Of a DNA stretch of 64,000 nt, positions 58,661 through 64,000 are shown piece after piece; within the stretch, counting starts at the first letter, position 1, and the number at the start of each line of letters is the position of its first letter. The stretch is from Patescibacteria group bacterium UBA2773 (lineage in GTDB: Bacteria; Patescibacteriota; Minisyncoccia; Moranbacterales; DUUL01): the NCBI GenBank assembly GCA_002352465.1, contig DEIN01000017.1, positions 64,777 to 128,776 on the forward strand, given 5' to 3'. The translations under genes and the position numbers were made by a program. The notes under the pieces are model-generated. The model was given only the letters and a program-made list of their open reading frames with translations. It was not told the origin of the DNA and did no database searches.

Positions 58661-59722
58661 ATGGGTTTAGAGGTTGACGAAAAGACAATTGACATTAAAC
58701 AACCTGATATGTTAAAAAAAAATCAACAAAAATCACAAATCATTATTTATAAAACTGAAGATGGACGGACGAAAATCGACGTGCGTTTTGATGGGGATAC
58801 GGTTTGGTTGACGCAAAAACTTATAGCGCAGTTGTTCCAGGTTTCTATACCAACTATAAATGAGCATATTAAAAATATCTACAATGAGGCTGAATTAAAT
58901 AAAAATTCAACTATTAGGAAATTCCGAACAGTTCAAAAAGAAGGCAATCGTGAAATAAAAAGAGCGCTGGAGTTTTATAATCTTGATCTTATTATTTCCG
59001 TTGGTTATCGGGTTAAAAGCTCAATTGCTACAGCTTTCCGTCAATGGGCGACGCAGCGTTTAAGCGAATATATTATAAAAGGTTTCGTGCTTGACGATGA
59101 ACGACTTAAAAATCCAGATTTGCCTTTTGATTATTTTGAAGAACTTACTAGGCGAATTGCTGATATTCGAATAAGCGAAAAAAGATTTTATCGTAAAATT
59201 ACTGATATTTATGCAACTAGTGTTGATTATAATCCAACTAGTAAGGAAAGTCTTAGGTTTTTCAAAACTGTCCAGAACAAAGTTCATTGGGCAATAACCG
59301 GTCAAACTGCACCGGAAATTATTGCATCACGTGTCGATAGTAAAAAACCGCAAATGGGACTGACTTCCTGGCGAGCTGTAAAACCACGCAAAGAAGATGT
59401 TGCGATTGCAAAAAATTATTTGAACGAAAAGGAATTATTGGCTTTGAATAATCTGGTTGAACAGTATTTAGTATTTGCTGAGGGTCAGGCGATGCGTCGA
59501 GTGCCGATGTATATGAAAGATTGGATTGATAAATTGCACGGTTTTTTGTCGATTAATGATCGAAAAATATTAAATAATGCAGGTAAAGTATCGCACGAAA
59601 AAGCTTTGGAAAAAGTAGATAAAGAATATGAAATTTTTCATAAAAAATCGAAAGAAAAGTTTATAGAAACGGATTTTGATCGAGAGGTGAAAAGGATATT
59701 AAAAAAGGGGGAAAGAAAATAA
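58661..59722 (+). CDS. Virulence RhuM family protein
   Basis: TVWLTQK.IA.LF, YNLDLIISVGYRV.S..AT.FRQWA, IR.SEKRFY, VQNK.HWA; start may be the later ATG (MLKKNQQ). Confidence 0.93.
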   Translation: MGLEVDEKTIDIKQPDMLKKNQQKSQIIIYKTEDGRTKIDVRFDGDTVWLTQKLIAQLFQVSIPTINEHIKNIYNEAELNKNSTIRKFRTVQKEGNREIKRALEFYNLDLIISVGYRVKSSIATAFRQWATQRLSEYIIKGFVLDDERLKNPDLPFDYFEELTRRIADIRISEKRFYRKITDIYATSVDYNPTSKESLRFFKTVQNKVHWAITGQTAPEIIASRVDSKKPQMGLTSWRAVKPRKEDVAIAKNYLNEKELLALNNLVEQYLVFAEGQAMRRVPMYMKDWIDKLHGFLSINDRKILNNAGKVSHEKALEKVDKEYEIFHKKSKEKFIETDFDREVKRILKKGERK

Positions 59723-59794
59723 AATCCTTAAATTTCAAACAAAAACCCCTCGGTCCCCCTTCTCAAAGGGGAAGGAGCGAAGGAGATGATCTAG

Positions 59795-59840
59795 TTCCGG
59801 AGGTTCGACCTCGGTGGATACCGCGGTCGAACCTCGGGAA
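59795..59840. repeat. REP-like doublet, family A
   Basis: TTCCGGAGGTTCGACCTCGGTGGATACCGCGGTCGAACCTCGGGAA. Confidence 0.9.
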
Positions 59841-59985
59841 CGGAGATGGAATTTTGAAAGATTGGTATTAAGTATTAAGTATTGAGTATAAAACCCACCC
59901 AACCTCCCTTTTCAAAGGGAGCGGAGCGGAGAACAAGTTTTTGAAAAATAAATAATTAAAATCGATGTAAAAATTTTTCTAGGAG

Positions 59986-60031
59986 TTTCCACCGGTTCGA
60001 TCGGTGTATCCATATTGGTCGAACTGGTAAA
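59986..60031. repeat. REP-like doublet, family A (degenerate)
   Basis: TTTCCACCGGTTCGATCGGTGTATCCATATTGGTCGAACTGGTAAA. Confidence 0.75.
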
Positions 60032-60042
60032 AAATAAATTAT

Positions 60043-63000
60043 GTGTTTATTATGAAAAAAATAAAAATTAGTTTAATATTTTTTATTTATTTTATTGCTT
60101 TAGCTAGTGCTAGGGGTTTTTTGGGGGTTTACTCCGTTGCTGGGCGAAAAAAGTTTCGATTTTTAAAACCTTTATTAGTTAGCTTCATTTTCTTTTTTGG
60201 GCTAGCTATTACCTCGCCGGCTTATGGGGCGACGGAATTTATTTCAACCATCAGGTCTAGCGGTGGGGACTATACAACTCTTTCTGGTTGGGAATCAGCC
60301 AATCAAACGGATTTGACCGCTTCAACTACCAAAGTTTTTTCGCACGGTGGAATCACTGGAGCGATTGCTGACACCGACACCGTCACGGGAAAAAATTCTG
60401 GAGCAACGGCTTCGGTGGTTCATACTACTACCGACCAAATTCTTCTAGAAACAATCTCGGGAACTTTTCAATCGGGAGAGCAAATTTATGTCACGCTTGA
60501 TACTATTTACGTGACAATTTCAGATGCAGGAGATTCTGCTATTGCCGTCGCCGAATGCTACAACGATTGGCCAAGCGGGTTGGATGACTCGGTCAATATT
60601 GACGGTTGGACAACGGGAGTGAATAATTATGTGAAAATTTACACTCCAGAATCAGAAAGACATAATGGTAAAATTTTCAATGGCACAGACTATACTGGAT
60701 TTGCTTTAAAAAGTACTCAAGTTGGAAATGTTATTGATTTATCTGCTAATTATTCAAGGATTGATGGTTTGATAATTGATGCAGCTCATGTAGATGTGGA
60801 AGATGGAATTAGCGAAGAAGGAGCATTACTTGATCATTTTATTTCAAATAATATTTTATACAGATCTGTTGGGAATAATGATAATGGAATTTACACTTAT
60901 TCTACGAGTTCTATTAATAGAACAATTGTTTGGAATAATATAGTTATTTGCGGTGATTCTAATACATGGAGTTCTGGTATAAACACTAATCATGGAGATA
61001 TACAAAATAATACTGTTTATAATTGCACTAATGGAATTACTCAATCTATAGATTATCCTAATAAATTAAATAATAATATTTCTGTTGATAATTCTTCCGC
61101 TGATTATTTATTAAGCGCTGGTAGTTGGCAAGTGGATTCTAGTAATAACATCTCCTCTGACACCACTGCTCCTGAAGCGAATTCTCAAACCAGTGTAGCG
61201 TTAGCGGATTTGGATTTTGTGAGTACCACTTTAGGTTCGGAGGATTTTCATATTGGGGCGGATTCAGTGGCGTTGAATGCAGGGGTAGATTTATCTTCAA
61301 CTTTTACAGATGACATTGATGGGCAGACGCGGGATATGGATGGGGAGGGTTTTGATATTGGGGCAGATGAGGGACAGCAGGATTTTATTTCTAAAATTAG
61401 AGTTAATACCGAGTCAGATTGGGATTTTGATAAACTTTCAACTTGGGAAGATGCGATTGAGTCAGATCTGACCGCCACCACTTCCAAAATATATACCGTT
61501 TCTGACACGGGAACTTTTGACGACACCACTGACCAAGAGCAAGCCGTGACGTTCACCGGTGGGGGAACTGGAACTTTGCTCGATATCAATTCTTCGGGGG
61601 TGGCGTATATCACCGGTGTTTCTGGCACAGTGCAAGCGGGAATCGTCACGGTTGACACCAATTCCCACACTTTTACCATCTCCGACACCGGCGCCAAAGT
61701 CGGCCGAGCCGTCGCCGAATGCTACAACGATTGGCCAAGTGGGCTGGAGGATAATTTTTGGATTAGTGGTTGGACAACTAGCGCAACGAATTATGTAAAA
61801 GTTTATACATTAGCAAGTGAAAGACACGATGGTTGGACTTGGACGGATGACACTCAAACTGTTTATTCTGGTTTTGCAGTTGTGAATAATTCAATTTATT
61901 GTACAATTCGTGCTAGCAATTATTATACACAAATCGAAGGAGTTATTGTTAATCAAAACAATAAAGGTGGTGGTACTTATAGCGGTTTGCGATTAGGCGA
62001 TTATGTTAAAGCAGATTCTATAATTGCTTTTAATTCACCTAAAGCTGGGGTAATGACTGTTCCAGGTACATGGACAAACCCTTTATATTTATCAAATATT
62101 CTTGTTTATGATAATAATTATGGAATTTATAATGGTTATGGGGTTAGACTTTATAATGTGACAGCAGTGAATAATACCAGTTATGGAATTTACAAAAATA
62201 ATCTTTTAACTACGTATTTAAAAAATGTTTTAGCTTATGATAATGGTATCAAAGATTTTTATAATTCAGGTAGTGGTGATTTCGATGTTTTAAATTGTGC
62301 CTCTTCTGATGATACAGCTGATGATTTTGGTGGCTCTGGAAATCGGATTGATCAAGAATTTTCTTTTGTAGATGAAGATAATGATGATTTTCATTTGGCT
62401 TTGGATGACACGGGGGCGAGGAATTTTGGAACTGATTTGAGTTTGGATTCGACTTTTCCTATTTCAACAGATATTGATGGGGAAGTGCGGGATGTGGATG
62501 GAGAAGGATGGGATATTGGGGCGGATGAGAGTGGGCAGGATTTTGTTTCGAAAATTCGAGTGAATACCGAGTCGGATTGGGATTTTGATAAACTTTCAAC
62601 TTGGGAAGATGCAATTGAATCGGACTTGACGGCGACGACTTCTAAAATCTATACGGTTTCTGATACCGGAACCTACAGCGACACTACCGACCAATCTCAA
62701 GCCGTGACATTCACCGGCGGGGGAACTGGAACTTTGCTGGATATCAATTCTTCGGGTGTAGCCTATATCACCGGAGTTTCTGGCACAGTCACGGCTGGAA
62801 CCGTCACAGTCACTTCTTCCTCCCACACTTTCACCATCTCCGACACCGGCGCCAAAGTCGGCCGAGCCGTCGCCGAATGCTACAACGATTGGCCAAGTGG
62901 GTTGGATGATAGGGTTGATATTAATGGTTGGATAACGGGGGTGAATAATTATGTTAAAGTTACTTCACCATCTTCTGAGAGACACACAGGAGTTGCTGGA

Positions 63001-63774
63001 ACCGGATTTATAATAAAAAATGATACGAATTCATATGTTGTAGGTTTATATAATTACTACTCTGTTGTTGAATGGTTGGAGGTTACCGGAGTCGGAGCGG
63101 ATACAACTTATCACAATGGTGTTGGAATGAGTCGATACTCTACCGCTAGAAATTTGATTGTTCATGATATAGTAACAAACGATGGAGGTGATCTTGTGAC
63201 AGGTATATCAATGGGTTCTAATGGAGGAAGTTATATATATAACAATATTATTTATAATATTAAAAATTATTCTGCAACCGTCACAAAGAATCCGAACGGA
63301 ATCAAATACATAGGAACCTCTCCATTTATTTATAATAACACTGTCTACGGTATCGATGCTCCTAATAATCCTGGAAAAGGTACTGGTATTTTTGCAGGTC
63401 TGGGATTTGTTAAAAATAATATTGTAATTAACAGCGGATATGTGGATTTTAATATTATGGAAAGTGCAAATCATACTAATAATATATCTTCTGATGATAC
63501 GGCGCTGGGGTCGAATTCTCAAACCAGTGTAGCGTTAGCGGATTTGGATTTTGTGAGTACCACGGCGGGAACGGAAGATTTGCATATTGGTGAAGACTCA
63601 GTCGCGCGAAATGTGGGGACGGATTTGTCTTCGGTTTTTACACTGGACATTGATGGTTATGAGCGGGGAGTGGGATTGACTAGTTGGGATATTGGAGCGG
63701 ATGAGGTGAATGAATATACTACTACTATTAAGGGAGGGGTTAATATTAAGGGAGGGGTTAAGATTACTAATTAA
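60043..63774 (+). CDS. Secreted protein with three tandem beta-helix (pectin-lyase-like) modules
   Basis: Three AVAECYNDWPSGL ... DIDG..R....(W/F)DIGADE units, paralogous to the module in 53033..57778. Confidence 0.85.
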   Translation: MFIMKKIKISLIFFIYFIALASARGFLGVYSVAGRKKFRFLKPLLVSFIFFFGLAITSPAYGATEFISTIRSSGGDYTTLSGWESANQTDLTASTTKVFSHGGITGAIADTDTVTGKNSGATASVVHTTTDQILLETISGTFQSGEQIYVTLDTIYVTISDAGDSAIAVAECYNDWPSGLDDSVNIDGWTTGVNNYVKIYTPESERHNGKIFNGTDYTGFALKSTQVGNVIDLSANYSRIDGLIIDAAHVDVEDGISEEGALLDHFISNNILYRSVGNNDNGIYTYSTSSINRTIVWNNIVICGDSNTWSSGINTNHGDIQNNTVYNCTNGITQSIDYPNKLNNNISVDNSSADYLLSAGSWQVDSSNNISSDTTAPEANSQTSVALADLDFVSTTLGSEDFHIGADSVALNAGVDLSSTFTDDIDGQTRDMDGEGFDIGADEGQQDFISKIRVNTESDWDFDKLSTWEDAIESDLTATTSKIYTVSDTGTFDDTTDQEQAVTFTGGGTGTLLDINSSGVAYITGVSGTVQAGIVTVDTNSHTFTISDTGAKVGRAVAECYNDWPSGLEDNFWISGWTTSATNYVKVYTLASERHDGWTWTDDTQTVYSGFAVVNNSIYCTIRASNYYTQIEGVIVNQNNKGGGTYSGLRLGDYVKADSIIAFNSPKAGVMTVPGTWTNPLYLSNILVYDNNYGIYNGYGVRLYNVTAVNNTSYGIYKNNLLTTYLKNVLAYDNGIKDFYNSGSGDFDVLNCASSDDTADDFGGSGNRIDQEFSFVDEDNDDFHLALDDTGARNFGTDLSLDSTFPISTDIDGEVRDVDGEGWDIGADESGQDFVSKIRVNTESDWDFDKLSTWEDAIESDLTATTSKIYTVSDTGTYSDTTDQSQAVTFTGGGTGTLLDINSSGVAYITGVSGTVTAGTVTVTSSSHTFTISDTGAKVGRAVAECYNDWPSGLDDRVDINGWITGVNNYVKVTSPSSERHTGVAGTGFIIKNDTNSYVVGLYNYYSVVEWLEVTGVGADTTYHNGVGMSRYSTARNLIVHDIVTNDGGDLVTGISMGSNGGSYIYNNIIYNIKNYSATVTKNPNGIKYIGTSPFIYNNTVYGIDAPNNPGKGTGIFAGLGFVKNNIVINSGYVDFNIMESANHTNNISSDDTALGSNSQTSVALADLDFVSTTAGTEDLHIGEDSVARNVGTDLSSVFTLDIDGYERGVGLTSWDIGADEVNEYTTTIKGGVNIKGGVKITN

Positions 63775-63792
63775 TTAACAAGGATTGTTAAT

Positions 63793-64000
63793 TACAAGAT
63801 ACAAGAAACAAGGACACCCACCTCCGCTAAAGCTACGGCGAGGCAAGCAAGAAATAAATAAATTAAGTCATAAAGGACACAAGATACAAGGACGCAAGAT
63901 ACAAACAAATTAAAAATTAAAATATTTAAATTTCAAATAAAAAGCTTCGCTTTGATAAGATATACAAGGACACCCACCTCCGCTAAAGCTACGGCGAGGC
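63793..64000. repeat. Heptamer-arm element with two identical 37-bp units (63808-63844, 63964-64000)
   Basis: ACAAGGACACCCACCTCCGCTAAAGCTACGGCGAGGC twice; runs off the window edge. Confidence 0.85.

Overview
AT-rich bacterial chromosome segment using standard code 11 (TGA ends several genes). Gene content and repeat style suggest a Patescibacteria/CPR (Parcubacteria-like) organism, which is an inference. The left part (1-28 kb) is mostly housekeeping: dnaE, gpmI, tRNA-His, valS, rplT-rpmI-infC, tmRNA-smpB, prmC-prfA-rpmE. It also holds a 1426-aa gene with a C-terminal Pol-beta/OAS-like nucleotidyltransferase motif, bracketed by 157-bp direct repeats. The right part (28-64 kb) is a co-oriented cell-surface locus: O-antigen-ligase/TPR protein, ABC transporter, a DUF1566/CLec protein resembling a remote DGR target, giant LamG, fibre-like and beta-helix proteins built from constant and variable modules, RhuM, and a REP-associated tyrosine transposase (RAYT). 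Intergenic DNA is crowded with several small palindromic repeat families, often nested in each other. Most notable: (i) the RAYT gene carries an in-frame REP that is a chimera of its two flanking REPs; (ii) the tmRNA is ~595 nt, with a 163-nt hairpin inserted between PK1 and the resume codon and a 24-aa tag; (iii) the direct-repeat-bounded nucleotidyltransferase cassette; (iv) adhesin modules with conserved C-rich/G-rich borders around AT-rich variable cores; (v) a covarying ~110-nt structured element directly upstream of both rplT and smpB. All calls were made by eye, with no database searches.
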